A stretch of 63,771 nt of DNA, counting the filler. It is 6 parts of 6 records of this genome, joined end to end, with 100 filler letters (N's around TTAATTAATTAA, not from the genome) between each part and the next. Parts side by side here need not be neighbours in the genome. Positions count along the whole stretch, not along the records: positions 1 to 18,729 come from DRR378314_643; positions 18,830 to 27,054 come from DRR378314_647; positions 27,155 to 34,133 come from DRR378314_652; 3 more parts are not named here. One strand, given 5' to 3'. Positions within the stretch are counted from its first letter, which is position 1; the number at the start of each line of letters is the position of its first letter. A program made the position numbers and the translations under genes. Below are positions 17,581 through 30,603 of this stretch, in pieces. The notes beneath the pieces are model-generated. The model worked only from the letters and a program-made list of their open reading frames with translations. It did not search any database and was not told where the DNA came from.

Positions 17581-18729
17581 TCAGCCGTAATGGGCTACGG
17601 GCGTGCCTGCGATGGCAGCCATGTTCAGCAATCCGCGCGCGGTGATCGAAGGCGACACGATATGAGCGCGGTTGCCCATCCCCATCAGGATTGGACCGAC
17701 CTCCAGCCCGCCGGAGCGCATCTTCAGGATGTTGCGCACGCCGGATGCAGCATCCGCATGGGCAAAGACCAGTACATTCGCGGCTCCCTCAAGGCGGGAG
17801 TTGGGGAAGATCCGTTCGCGAAGCTCTGGGTCGAGCGCGGTGTCGATGTTCATCTCGCCCTCGTAGACAAAGTCGCGGCGCTTGTCGTCGAGGATTTCCA
17901 GTGCGGCACGCAGACGCGCTCCGGTATCGCATGGAATGTTGCCGAACTGGCTTTGTGAACACAGTGCGATCTGCGGTGTCAGGCCAAAGCGGCGCACATG
18001 GCGGGCGGCGCCGATCACGGTCTCGGCAATTTCTTCCGGGGTGGGTTCAATGCGCACCTGCGTGTCCGCGATGAACAGGGGCCCATCTTCGAGGATCATC
18101 ATCGACAGCGCCCCATGGGGGGCATAGGTGCCACCGCCAAGGATCTGTTGCACGTAGTTCAGGTGCCAGCGATACTCGCCGAAGGTGCCGCAGATCAGGC
18201 TGTCCGCCTCGCCGCGATGCACCATGATGGCACCGATGGCGGTGGTGTTGGTGCGCAGGATCGCCTTGGCGAGATCCGGCGTGACCCCCTGGCGCTCCAT
18301 GATGCGGTGATAGCTGGACCAGTAGTCGCGGTAGCGCGGGTCGTTTTCCGGGTTCACGATCTGCACGTCCTGACCTGGGCGGATCGATAGGCCCAGCCGT
18401 TCGGCGCGGCTCTCGATCACCTCGGGGCGGCCGATCAGGATCGGGGTCTCGGTGGTTTCACGCAGGATTTCCTGAGCCGCACGCAGCACCCGTTCATCCT
18501 CGCCCTCGGCAAAGACGATGCGACGGGCCGCGGCGCGGGCGGCCTCGAACACCGGTTTCATCAGGAGGGCGGATTTGAACACGCTCTGGTTCAGCTTGGC
18601 GCGATAGGCCCCGAGGTCGTCTATCGGACGTTTCGCCACGCCGCTCTTCATGGCCGCGCTGGCCACGGCAGAGGAAACCACAGCCACCAGGCGCGGGTCG
18701 AAGGGTTTCGGGATCAGGTAGTCGGCGCC
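17581..18729 (-). CDS. maeB: NADP-dependent malic enzyme, C-terminal phosphotransacetylase-like domain (5' truncated)
   Basis: DYLIPKPFDPRL, RIVFAEGEDERVLRAA, VNPENDPRY, GPILMG. Confidence 0.92.
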   Translation of the reverse strand, partial: GADYLIPKPFDPRLVAVVSSAVASAAMKSGVAKRPIDDLGAYRAKLNQSVFKSALLMKPVFEAARAAARRIVFAEGEDERVLRAAQEILRETTETPILIGRPEVIESRAERLGLSIRPGQDVQIVNPENDPRYRDYWSSYHRIMERQGVTPDLAKAILRTNTTAIGAIMVHRGEADSLICGTFGEYRWHLNYVQQILGGGTYAPHGALSMMILEDGPLFIADTQVRIEPTPEEIAETVIGAARHVRRFGLTPQIALCSQSQFGNIPCDTGARLRAALEILDDKRRDFVYEGEMNIDTALDPELRERIFPNSRLEGAANVLVFAHADAASGVRNILKMRSGGLEVGPILMGMGNRAHIVSPSITARGLLNMAAIAGTPVAHYG

Positions 18730-18829
18730 NNNNNNNNNNNNNNNNNNNNNNNNNNNNNNNNNNNNNNNNNNNNTTAATTAATTAANNNNNNNNNNNNNNN
18801 NNNNNNNNNNNNNNNNNNNNNNNNNNNNN
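18730..18829. other. Artificial contig spacer
   Basis: N44-TTAATTAATTAA-N44 (stops in all six frames). Confidence 0.99.
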
Positions 18830-18957
18830 TTTTCTTTTTTCTTTTTTCTTTTTTCTTTTCCACTACCGGGGGGAGCGCGCCTGGACCAAACCACTCCGGA
18901 GGACTAACTTATACCCCTCTTTTTTGTCTCTACAACGTACCGGTCCCTACGATGCAG

Positions 18958-21200
18958 ATGCGGAGAGTGCCTTTGTGTGGCGCGTGTTTTGCATGATGCT
19001 TAAGGAACGCAAGCAGCTTGACGCACTCGAAGATGCTCTTCCCGAGCTCAGCAGCCTCGTCGACTCGCTCGCTGCGATCGACTTCTCGACGCAGATTTTT
19101 ACTGCCAAACAGCTTCTGCAGCTTGCCGTTGTCTGTGACATGAGCGATGAAGCGGGGCGCCGGCGCCTCGTAGAATTTCTGGAAGAGAAGGCCGGGGACG
19201 CCGCCGTTGTCGAAGAGCTGGTTGAACCCCTCCTTGCTGCTCTGCGCGCTGCAGTCGGCAACGCCGAGTTCCTGGACCGTGCAACTCGATTGGTCTGGGA
19301 CGTGTACCGCCCGATCCATGCAAGCGACAACGAGTGCGAGAGTGTTGATCCTTCCGAGGACCTCGCAGTACAACGCCAGAAGCTCGATATGCTGTACGAA
19401 GAGAAACGCACGTGTTCAGCGCGCGGCGAAGACTGCGACGAGCTGAACCAGCGTATCGAGGCGCTATCTGTGCGCGTCGAGCAGCTCGAAGACGTCGAAA
19501 CTGCAAAGCTGGAGGAGCATGAGCGCGTGTGGTCGCGCGCGCTTGCGCTATGCAGGGCTGTGTTTGAGCGGTCGCGCCCGAACCTGTCGAGCGAAGGCAC
19601 ACGGCGCCTCTACGATGAGATCGTGCTGTCGGCTATGCGGAATGAAAATCCTGGCACACGGAACGAAGGACTGCGGTGCCTTGCGCTTCTGTGCCTCGGC
19701 GATCGCGCCGCAGCAATCGCCCATGTGCCGCTGTTCTTCCAGGCGCTTGAGAATGAGATGGACTTTGTTCAGCTCACCGCGCTGCAAGCTGTTTTTGATC
19801 TTATTCTTGTGTATGGCGAGCCCGTGCTCGCGAATGCTGTTCCTAGCCCTGCGGAGGGAACTGAAAGCGACGACGAGCAGCAGCGCTCGCCGCGCGCCGG
19901 TGCCGCAAGCTCGGCGGAAGGGTCGACCCGGCACGCGTACAGCACGTTGCTGCGCGTTCTGGATCACACCGACTCGGAGATGCGCACGTGTGCCGCGGAG
20001 AGTTTTGCACGCCTTCTGATGACCGGCCGCGTTTCGTCGGTGGAAGTTCTGGCTAAGCTGACAGTGCTGTTCTTTAATCCAACAACTGAGGAAGATGTTC
20101 GACTGCGCCAGTGCCTCTCGGTCTTCTTCCCGGCGTATGCGTTCCGCTCTGTGGACCATCAGTACATGCTGGAGCGAGCGTTCATGCCCGTTGTGCGTGT
20201 CATCTTACACGCACCGAAAACGAGCCCGCTCAGCAAGGTCAGCGCCTTGCAAGTTGCGCAGTTTTTGCTCTTCTTGACGAACCCAGAGAGTGCCGCGGCA
20301 GAGACGGGAGGCAAGGTGCAATTCGGAAATGCGATTGCGCCCTCGATCCATGAGCGCGTGGCGTTCGTAGTGGCCAACGAGGTGCTGTCGAATCCCGTTG
20401 GCCGCGACGCACAGCTGCTGTGTCGTGTCCTGAACGCGTTAGCACTGACGCCGGAGATGGTCGACACGCTGCGCGCACTGCGTGTGCTGGTCTCGAAGAT
20501 CCGCGAGGCAGTCAGCGACCGCGTCACGCTTGGCGTGGTTGCCAAGTTTGCCGCCTCGCTGCAACAGCTCATGCCGGAAGGGACGCAGGAGCTGTCCCCC
20601 GATGAAATGGCCGAGCTGGAGGCGCAGACGGAGAAGCATATGGAAGACCGCAGTGAAAGCATGGTCATTCTTGAGCGCGAGCATGCAATGGAGTTTTCGC
20701 GTGATAAGCGCACAACCAAGCGCCGCACAGTGAAGAAGACCGTTAAATTTGTAAGCTCAGACTCTGAGACATCAGAAGAGGAAAATGACGACGAAATTAG
20801 CGTAGGCGGTGACAGCGATGGCGAAGGCAATGTTGACCAACCGCGCAAGGCACCGGCCCCTCCCGCGCGCCGCTCCTCCAGGTACGGTCTTTCGCCACTG
20901 TAGGTCGGGATCAGGGTATCCTCCACTGGCACAGTATTTGCTGCGTTAAAGTGCTTTGTTTCTGAATCTTGTGTGCAGCGCAGATTGGCAGCGAGATCGT
21001 GCCGACTTCTCGCCCCGTGTACGGCACTCACGGTTCGTCTTGCGTCGATACACTTTCCCGCATGCAGGCGCTCGGCTGCGGCAGCGTCGAAGCGGCTCGT
21101 AGAAGATGAAGAGGATAGCGATGTCGAAGAGCTGAGCGAGGCTAGCGATGTAGAGTCGATTATGGAAGAGGGCACCGGTGCAATTGAAGTAGCGATCTGA
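18958..21200 (+). CDS. NCAPG: Condensin complex subunit 3 (CAP-G/Ycg1), 3' exons; eukaryotic, 5' truncated
   Basis: HEAT-like Cnd3 motifs (RNEGLRCLALLCL, ALQAVFDLILVYG, AAESFARLL, LFFNPTT..LRQCLSVFFPAY). Branch point ACTAAC near 18903 and acceptor at 18957. Inferred exons 18958-20881 and 21068-21200, with a frame-preserving GTACGG..GCAG intron. Confidence 0.85.
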
Positions 21201-22546
21201 TTGCATTTGCCAAGAAAATTGTGCTGAAAAGTGCGGGAGATGGCGAACATGCTCCGCGCCGTAGATGAGGGTTTCCCCACCCCCCCCGCGAAGTGGCTGC
21301 AAGGGAGGCAACAGTTTCTTCCTGCCGGCGCCTCTTGTGTACGAAACAGATGTGAATTCCGCTTGTCTTTTTTGTTGAGATTGCAATGTTTTACGCGTGA
21401 CGAGATCGTCCTCGATTGCGCTGTAGGAAGACTTGCTGCGGGCTGCTGTGGTTCAAGTTATTGCGCTGCTGCTCCGGTTCTCCGCACCCTTTCCTGGTTT
21501 GCGGTGCCTCGGAAGTCGGCGGCCAATGAATGCACCAGCCACGGTTGCGCGACGCACCAGGTTACCCCATGCTCTGGAGAGCACGGTTTTAGCGTCGGGT
21601 AGGGTTTATCGGGAGTCGTTGCGTGAGTACCTCCTGCAGCGCCGGATTTGGCTCACCTTTTGCGGACAGAGCCACTCCGATCGGCACGCTCGTGGGCAGC
21701 TCCTGCCGCGCGACGCACTGGAAATACTAACCTGTTTGGGCGCTCCTGATCGTCACACCAATACGTGGCTTGTAAGTGCAATGAAGCGCCTGCAATTTGG
21801 TTGCGGCTTTTTTAACACACGCCGGATCCATGAAACGCATGTCACTAGAAGCCACCGCATCCTGTCGAATCTCGTTTCACCGTGTCCTTTGCCGGTCCCC
21901 TCGCGCGCCCAGAAGGAGTGCACAACCTACCAGCACGAAACTTCCGCAGAAAATGAAGTCTGCGGAGCGTACCGCAATGCAAACTTTCGTGACGTGAGTG
22001 CTTCATGGCTGAAAATCATCCAGTAAATTCGCTACTCCTCCAGTAAACATTATGACTCCCTCCAGCGTTGGAGCGAAGCGCTGCGGGAAAGACATGCAAG
22101 CGCTTGTGGTTCGCTGCCTGCGCGCACGCACGAATCTCTTAGCACGGCCCTCTCCACAATCGCGCCCCAGCGGCATTCTGCCAAGGCCTCCAGAAAGTAG
22201 CGCGTGCAGTTTATGTATTTGTGCGATATTTACAGCGTCATAGTACGCTAGCAAGTGTGTTTCTGGAAAACGAATACGTTTCATTCGACGTCAATTTGAG
22301 GAGATTCTGGGTCGTACCGCTGCGCACGCTGTGGCCCTGGGGCTCTGGGTGCGGTCTGCCGAGAGCAGCAAACGCCACCAGCTACCAGAGAACGCAACTT
22401 CTCTTCCGTACAACGTACTGTTTCACGCTTTCCGATTCGTTCGCCATGAAAACCGATTGCACAATTTTCAGTTTTCCTTCTATTTATTTTCTATTGATGC
22501 CTGGCTTGTCAAAAGAAGGACCTTTCTCTTTTCTTTCCAAGTTGTG

Positions 22547-25500
22547 AGCAGAGGAAGAGAGCGGCCGACACATGCTGCAGCCGCTGGCACGCGGAGTTTC
22601 GCAGGCAGTGCCCAAGACGCTGAGCTCGTACTGCTGCTGGACGAACTCGGACCCGACAGCACATGCGCTCGGAATCTTTGCTCACGACTCATACAGCCTT
22701 TCTCATACCTCGATAGTAGACATTTGTGTTGAAATTTGAACATTGCGCTTCTTCTGTTTCGTTACCGATCTTTTTTGGTTCCATTCTAGCGAAGAAACAC
22801 CTCCGGTGGAAGCCCCGGTACCAAACAAGCAAGTGGGCGGCACCAAGATTCGTGTGTACTCTTCTCGGCCACAGTTGGTTTTCTCCACGTCGAAAACAGC
22901 ACAGTTGATATTGTAAACGGCTGGAAGGATCCTGTCAGAGATCCCACGCAATTATGTGTCCGGTTCACCACTCCAACAAGCCCAGTCTCACAAAAGGCGT
23001 TCGTGACGTCGAAAAGGTAAGAACTGCAAGCCGCGCGAAAGTCTGGAACATAGAGCAGCACTTCGGGCATGCTTGCATCTTACACAGACAGAGTAGGAGC
23101 GAAAAAATTATCCACAAGGCTGAAACAGAACATGTTCTCCACCGCCCATAGTAACTCTATCGAGCCAGGAGGATTTCTGTTCCAGCTGTTTACGATTACA
23201 TGCGGATACTTTCTTACAATGCTCTTCCGTTCACTGCTGCATCGTGAAACTCCGCATTCCTGATGGTGATCGCGCTGAAAAGGCTCGCGACGACCTTCTT
23301 CAAATCAAGGCACTGGATAGCTCTAGCATTGAACGACTGGAGCGTCTTGTGCAGGCATGGAAGGAACTTCAGACCATGAAGTCGTCACCTGACCGTACGT
23401 CCTTTTTTATATTCATGATTGCCAAACCACCCTCCGGATGATTGTATGCCGGAACGTCGGCTACCATATGCTTCTTTCTATCCATCGCGGGATGCTGCGT
23501 GTCCTATCGGCGAGATCGTCGCATGACCCGTTTGTCCAACCTACTTCATAGCCATGAACTCGCGTGAAATATTGCTGCTTGTGCGAGAGAAATTCTGTCA
23601 TCAAACATATAAACGTGAAGCACAAAACTTTCGAGGACAAAAAAGACACAGCTTTCGCGCCAAGACTACTACTGTTCGATAGGGACGCTAGTACGGAACA
23701 AGAAGCTACGGTTCGCACCACTCTTGTGCTCACCTTGCTCTTCTCCGACCTATTTGCGGTATTATACAGATGATGATGATGCCCATCTCGCTGAGCTCAC
23801 TGCAACGCAGCTGCGCGCGGCTGCTATTTTGTTTAAAGAGGTGCGATCGCACGGAAGCCCCTTTAAACTGCTTCCCTTTGACAGCCCTGGCCAACAAAAT
23901 AATAATAATCCAAGATAGAAAGGTGCCTGGTGAAGGCTTGCGCTCCCCTTGCTTTGGCAATGTGCAGTTTGCCTAGCAGCACAGCTAATTTGAGATCCCT
24001 GTTAATCCTCATGACGTCCAGATTTTGCATGTGCGGCGGAAAGACACCGAGAGCCTTGAGACATTTGCCCGAGTCTTATCGGAGAGTGTTCAGGGAAGGC
24101 ATTGTCCGGACAGGCCCGCCGAGATTCGCGCCGTGCGCTCTGCGATTGAGTACGCGGTTGCCGAGATGCGCGTCGCATGCGACACCAGTCCAGCGACGGA
24201 CTTTACTGGAACAAGGACTGCGCTGCCACAGACCGCACTTTGTGCTATTGTTGATCTGCTTGATGACCTCCTCCAGTACCTAGGCAAGTCAAGAAAAAGG
24301 TTGGAGAATATAGATGAGCACGCAAATGCCATGCTCGCTTTCCGCTGGGGATCAAGAATTCCATTTGACCGCCACAGGCGCGGTGAAAATGTCGGACAAG
24401 CTTGCTCTTCTTTGCTGTAGGTTTCTCCTCTTCTATCCAAATATGAAAAGAGTTCTCATCCGTTTGACTTGTGCAGGGATTCACAAATCGCCCAACAACG
24501 TGGTGAAACAGATCGTTGAGGTATCGATTCGTCTCAGTGAAGCCCGGGCCGCCACGTACGTTTCTATTCGGGAGACTGAAACGACATTCACATCGACACA
24601 CGAACAAAAGAACATCAGCGCAGCAGGTTTGTGGTGCAAACGATGGAAAGGAGATGCGATTCGCTTTTGTGATATATGACCCATAATGAACTGGAACGAC
24701 ACATGTTGCAGCGCACATTCCTACAAGCAGAGAAACAGATATCGAGGGGCAGACGCTCCATCTCCTACTACATGCCTGCGCCACTGCAGATTCGCATATA
24801 CGCAAGAGGGGTTTCGGGATCTGCCTGCGTTCCCAGGCGCACGAAACGAGCCATTGGCGTTCACGGCGCAAAGGAGCAGTCCACCTTGCTCGACTTAGTC
24901 TCTCTTCGAAAGCTTTGCGCCCTTTACGAAATGGATCGTTTCGTACGATGTTTCACGGTTGTTCAGGCACTGCACGCTGCAACGAAGCGTGGCGTTTCTA
25001 CTACTTGGCCTATTGGAGCAGTCTGAAGTGCGTGACCACCTCTCGCTCACCATCGAGAGCGTTCAACAGTTGTACAACGCCGTATGCGCGTCGGCCGGTA
25101 CGTCCTCTGGGCCCTCCGTGAATCAAGAACGTTCGAGTAGTTCAAAACACAGCAAAGGGTGAGTGCTTCAATCTCTACTCACCTCTGCGAATGAGCATAT
25201 CTTTTGCCTCTTGGAGCTATTCATGAAAGGTTCTTTGTCTTGTTGTGCGGGCACGCTGCACAACAGACGCATTGGGACAGAACCTTCTCGGCGAATGTTT
25301 CTTTCTCATATGCCACGCGGACTCGAAGCTCCGCGCGGATGCGCGGTCAATCATCGATGCGCCTGCGTCCGAAAAGTTTTCCCAGGCGATGCGAGGTGCG
25401 TGGAGTGCACTCTCGGTTGTAGCGATCCCATACCGTGCGATGCGTTAGCGCAGGCTGAACCGTTTCTGCGGCCACCACGAGCGGTGCAAGAGCGTATCGC

Positions 25501-25879
25501 TTGTACAGGCGCTGAAAGAAAGGGCGCTACTCATGATCACGAAATTCCAAGTTTATGCACACGAAATGCTCCTTCTTTCTCTGCGATAAGAGCGTCAAGT
25601 GTTATAAAGAGCTGTGCCGAACGACACGTTCCAAGCACGTTTATATCGCTTCCATGTAGCTTCGCTTGTGTCTGCGAGTTTGGCGCTTCCGCTTGCGGCG
25701 GGACGAGGCACTGCTGGTCTCCTCACCGCTAGCCTGTCCTTTCCCTCTGTGCTGTGCTCGCACGTATATACTACCAATCAACTGGACGTTTGCCATTCAG
25801 CGTCGTGGAACGATGCCTATTTCAATGTACCCAAATTTGTAGCAGCGCTGAACCGCAATGCAAAATCAAACGAGCAAAG
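22547..25879 (+). CDS. Unidentified multi-exon eukaryotic gene (boundaries approximate)
   Basis: Series of open blocks bounded by YAG acceptors and GT/GC donors (AAG|GTAAGA near 23017, C|GTACGT near 23395, GAG|GTGCGA near 23841, GG|GTGAGT near 25159, AAG|GTGAGC near 25880). No recognisable domain. Confidence 0.4.
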
Positions 25880-27054
25880 GTGAGCCTTTTCTGTGTCACC
25901 AAAACAAAGAATCTCCCCTCGCAAGTGCCGAAAACGCTCCTGTGTTGCGGCAAGCTCATCTGCGTTCTTTCCCTGCCTATAAGGTCGATGCTTATTGGCG
26001 TGTTCTACGCCGGAAACTCTACATTTTCGTGATGGGATACTGTGTTTGTACACGTGTGCACCGTGGGCAATTCTTATTGGAAGAAAACGCCGTGACTCTG
26101 TGTGATACGCGGAGAGAAACGGAGATTTCTGCGACTTTTGATCACGGCATGGCGCTGCGCCTGAACGTCGGATTCGCCACGCAGTCATCATCGTTGAGAA
26201 TGCGCTCGTGTTTACATTCCAAAGAACGCTGCCTATCTCTCACTACATCGAATACGCATTATTTGTTACAGGGTCTTCTCACTGCCGATTCGGCATATTG
26301 CAGTCGCAAAGGTCTCCACTTCTCCCGCTGCGTGCACAGAAAATGGTGCGTGGGACGAGCTGTTCCCGCAGCGCCGGCGGGGAGAGCGTGAGGCCTGCAT
26401 GCTCGCAGTGCCGTGCAGTGCAGGAGCGGGATGCGCAATAAGCACCTGACCACAAGACGTTGGAGCACTCAGGATGCAACAAGTGCGAACATATATCATT
26501 GTAAAAAATACTCGTTCGCACGGTACTTTATTATTTCATTGCCAACCGCCCGTGCTCCATTCTCCCTGCCGCACGTTATTGGGGCGGCACCACTGATCGT
26601 GCGCGCACGCTATGCACGTTTTCGTTCGGCTGGTAGAGGTGTATGCATCATTCGGTAAACAGGGCCTGTACTGCCACCGAGTGCCGTTGAAGAACATGAC
26701 GTCGACAGCATGTCCGTCGCTGGAAATTTCGTACACAGATATGACACAATGTCGCTGTACGTCCTGCCCGCTCCTGTACGAGAGTACGGCGAGCGTACTT
26801 ACGACGAATGCATCTCTTCCTTCGCCCATCCTTTCTGACGCATATGAGTACGAGGGATTCTTTGCACCATCCTTCGCATACTGTTCCATTTTTTGACAGT
26901 CCATATTCTCGGCATTGATATCGGTATGGTTTTCAAACGATTGTGAAAGGCCAATCATGTTCTTAGAGAACGGCCAGTACCATGCCTGGCTGCGGGCTGC
27001 GATAGATACGGCCCTGGATGTGCTGAAGCGCCGGGTCCTGCCGAGTTGCGGAAA

Positions 27055-27154
27055 NNNNNNNNNNNNNNNNNNNNNNNNNNNNNNNNNNNNNNNNNNNNTT
27101 AATTAATTAANNNNNNNNNNNNNNNNNNNNNNNNNNNNNNNNNNNNNNNNNNNN
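27055..27154. other. Artificial contig spacer
   Basis: N44-TTAATTAATTAA-N44. Confidence 0.99.
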
Positions 27155-27839
27155 GTGACGGCCGCGGCCATCTGCTTGGTCGAGCGGATTCCTGCTTGCT
27201 GACATTGGCTTAATTCTGTCTTGAACACGTCGGATCATAATTTCTTCGTCATTCTTCCGGTTTTTGGTTTGGGTTTTTGTGCGGTCACCGTGCGGCTGCT
27301 CAGCGCCGAGCGCACGCTTGTGCGTCGCGCTTGGTTGTCTCGCACGCTCGGGGTATGTCTGCTGGTGCGGTGGCTAGCGGGCTCTACGCTGTAGGATCTG
27401 GCCGTCTGTCCTGATTTCTTTTCCCTTGTCGTCTCTGGCAAGCAATGGATCCTCTGGTAAAGGACAGGCCGTCCTGTTAGCTATCTGGGAAGACTAATAA
27501 AAAGTTGGAGAGAAGCTCTTCGCGTGCACCCTCGGTGCGTGCGCTCGCCGCACAGTCCCGACGAAATGCACCCGTTTTGCATGCCTTATGGGAAGCGCTG
27601 GACTGCACTCGTATCGCACGGCGCACCGCGTAGGAACCGGCAGTGAGGCGCGCAGCGCATTCGCGTACTGGCAGTGCTTTCCGCTTCCGAGGAGAGAGTG
27701 GCGCGCCAGCATGAGGGAACGTGAAGTTGAGCCCTACTCCGCAAGGCTACAGGAAACTGACTCGAGGTCAGGTCTTCGCGCAGCACGTCGGCAGCTGCTC
27801 GTGACGGGTTTTGTGACGCGCTGCGCCTGGGACGAGGCC

Positions 27840-30603
27840 ATGTCGAGCGTCGACAGCGCGCGGCGTGTGGAGATCAACCTTGAGCGGCTCTTACAAAATG
27901 CAGAGCGGATGGTACGGAGGCGAGAGCGGACAGTGTGTTGCCGAATCTGATGCATGTTGCTCGTCGTGTGCACTGCAAGCCGTCGCGTAGCACGCTCGGC
28001 TTGTTCAGTGAAGTGCGGTGCGGCGCGGCGCTATGTCCACCGCTTGCCGTTTGGCGCGCAACCTTTTTTTCCTCCGTGACGCGTTCGCCTTTATTTCAGC
28101 ATGGTGCACCCTCTTCATGTTGGTACTGTACCGTGTGCAGATTGCGCAAGATCTTCTTCGCAATGCCAACGATCGAGGACTTCTCGACATATACGCCAAG
28201 TCGCTGCACAAAATGGTGCGTAGTTGCTTTCGCCTCGCGTGAGTACTTGGCGCTTATGTGAGCAAGGCTCTGAACGCGCTCACGAAGTTGTCCCCGCGCG
28301 ACTGCCAAGAGTGACGGCCAAGTGCAACTGTGTGGTATTGAGAAACATACGCCATTGCATATTATAGTAGCCGCAGTATTGTCCGAGGTGCCGCACACCC
28401 GTGCAAGTCTGGGTATTTTTGAGGTCGGGCTTGCTTGCCGTCCGTGACTAGAACGCAAGCGCCCTCCACCGCGCCCTCCGAACGCGCTGACGCTTCGACG
28501 CTGGTCTTGCGGATGTTTTTGTTTGTTTGTTTGTGCGTATTCACTTTCTGCCTTTCTCGTACGTTGTATCGTTTAGCTCGCAGATCTGCAGAAGAATCCC
28601 AAAGGGCCACCTGTGGATCGTGTTGTCGAGATCGAGCAGCGCATCTCGCGCGTCGAGACCGCTCTGGAGCAAGCTGGTGTTGGCCGGTGTGTTAGCGCAC
28701 CAGGGCGCTGTAGGAGTTCCTGCTGCTGCCTGTCGACGCGCCGTAGAACGAGCTTTTCCGCCCCCCCCGTTGCGCGCCGTGGGGCTTTCGAAGCAGTAGA
28801 TGACGCGCGTGAGTGTCCTTTCTGATAACTTTGTCTTTGCTTGCGTGATGCGTTTCGCAGGGGTTCCGTTGCAGATACTTCTCATGGTAGTCCAGCAGTG
28901 TCGCAGTCGTCCACGCGCGCGAAGCCAGAGCGGCTCGCAGACCAAACACTGTCGAAGCTCCGCCGCCAGCTCCTGGAGAGTCCCTCGACTGCGCTGCGCG
29001 CTGGCCAAACATTAAGGTGCGAAATCCAATCAGCACCAAAATGGAATAGTGGAAATGAGGGGCCTACAGGGGACGTTAGAATGCGATTCGTGGTGACAGA
29101 GAACGAATCGCGCTAGGAACGACGTACGAGGGAGCTCACGTTGTGCGGGGGTGATTCGTGTCCGCCCCTCCGCGCCGGGCTGGCGATGTTAGCGCTTGCG
29201 CGCGCTGGTCACGCGGAGCAGCGGTACCAACACGATCGTCAGTACTTTGGAAGTGATATAGTGTGTTAAGGAATCATCCATGTACTGCATCAATGAGCGC
29301 GTGGGCGATGTGGCAACGTTAAGCTAAGCCAAACTGCTGTGCTTTCACCAAAGGGAGCCTCTCTGGGCGTACTTTGCCTTGCAGTCGCGCTCAAGGAGCA
29401 GGAAGCGCGAATGCGTATACTGGGACGTATTTCTGCGCGTGCGCTTGATTGAGCGAGGCGTTGGCTGTATTCCGCGCTCTATATCTCACATTTGTGCAGT
29501 GCTGACGAAGAGGAGAGTTCCACTTCGACACAAACGGTCCAGCGAGTGAATTCGCCGTATGGCAAGTATCGTGTAAATGTAGACAAGAAACGGGTTGTCG
29601 AGGGCGCCGCGTCTCGTGCGGAGTCGAGTAGTGTAGCTGTCTCTGCACAGTCGGGTCGCGCAGGAATGACGGGAACGCTATCGCAGAGCGAGCTCGAGCG
29701 TCTCATAAAGCGAGATGACGAAGATCATGCCTCGATTGCTGAGGAGCTGTCTAGCATGGCCTCTGAGCTTAAGAAACAGCAAGTCTCTGCGGAGCGTCGC
29801 ATTAAGCAAGATATTCGCGTACGTGATGGCGCGGCTTTCCCACTTGGTTCGGCTTCTTCCAAACTCCTTCTCACACGCAGCCACTTGCGTGCGAATTTTC
29901 AGAGCGATTTATTGCGTGCGCACGAATGACGTTGTATGAATATCAGTGCGTACTTCTACGCGTATGTGAATACCGTATTGTCCTGTGGTGGTCTTTGAGA
30001 ACAGTGGATTTCCCCCGAGCGGATCTCCTTTCCGGAAACAGCGCGCGTTTTGTGCGAAGATGGCTTGTAAGGCTTTCGCGAGCGCTGGAAGTATAGGAAC
30101 TTACGTCTGATTTCTATTGACTTATCCAGTTCTAGTGATGGATGCATATCTTGCTGCGCTGTGTTTTTTTTTTTTCACTCTGGAACAGTCGAATAGATTT
30201 CTGCACTGCTTTGGTGATCGGGATGAACTTTTGTGCAATGTCGGCGATGTTTTTTTTTTTTTTTGTCATCCCGCTTGAGGTGCTGTCGTCGAATTGATTT
30301 GCAATTGCCACACGCTGGCCGCCTTGCCACCATGTATATCTTTTCAAAACACATTATTCTAGTGCATTTTCTAACTGTTACGTTTCGCTCCGCTCACGTG
30401 CTCGTATCTTACAGATGCTGGATTCGGTTGACGACGCCACGGAGCGTAGTCGAGTGCGTGTCGCCCGGGTGACGGAGAAGATCGTGAAGCACACGGAGCG
30501 ATCGCGCTCTGGGCTTTGCGGCACCTGCCTGGTCCTAAGCGTTGTATTGATGGTCTTTGTTTTCATGTTTTTGTTCATGAAGCTGTTCCCAAAACGTTCC
30601 TGA
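27840..30603 (+). CDS. USE1: Vesicle transport SNARE USE1, six exons
   Basis: Exons 27840-27911, 28141-28215, 28577-28676, 28875-29016, 29500-29818, 30415-30603. All introns GT-AG and phase-consistent. N-terminal RRVEINLERLL, LRRQLL, SNARE coil IAEELSSMASELK..IKQDIRMLD, C-terminal TM ending FMKLFPKRS. Confidence 0.82.

Noticed and set aside
18774-18785. TTAATTAATTAA palindrome recurring five times
   Set aside because: Always centred in N-runs of identical length, so it is an artificial linker and not a biological repeat or CRISPR.
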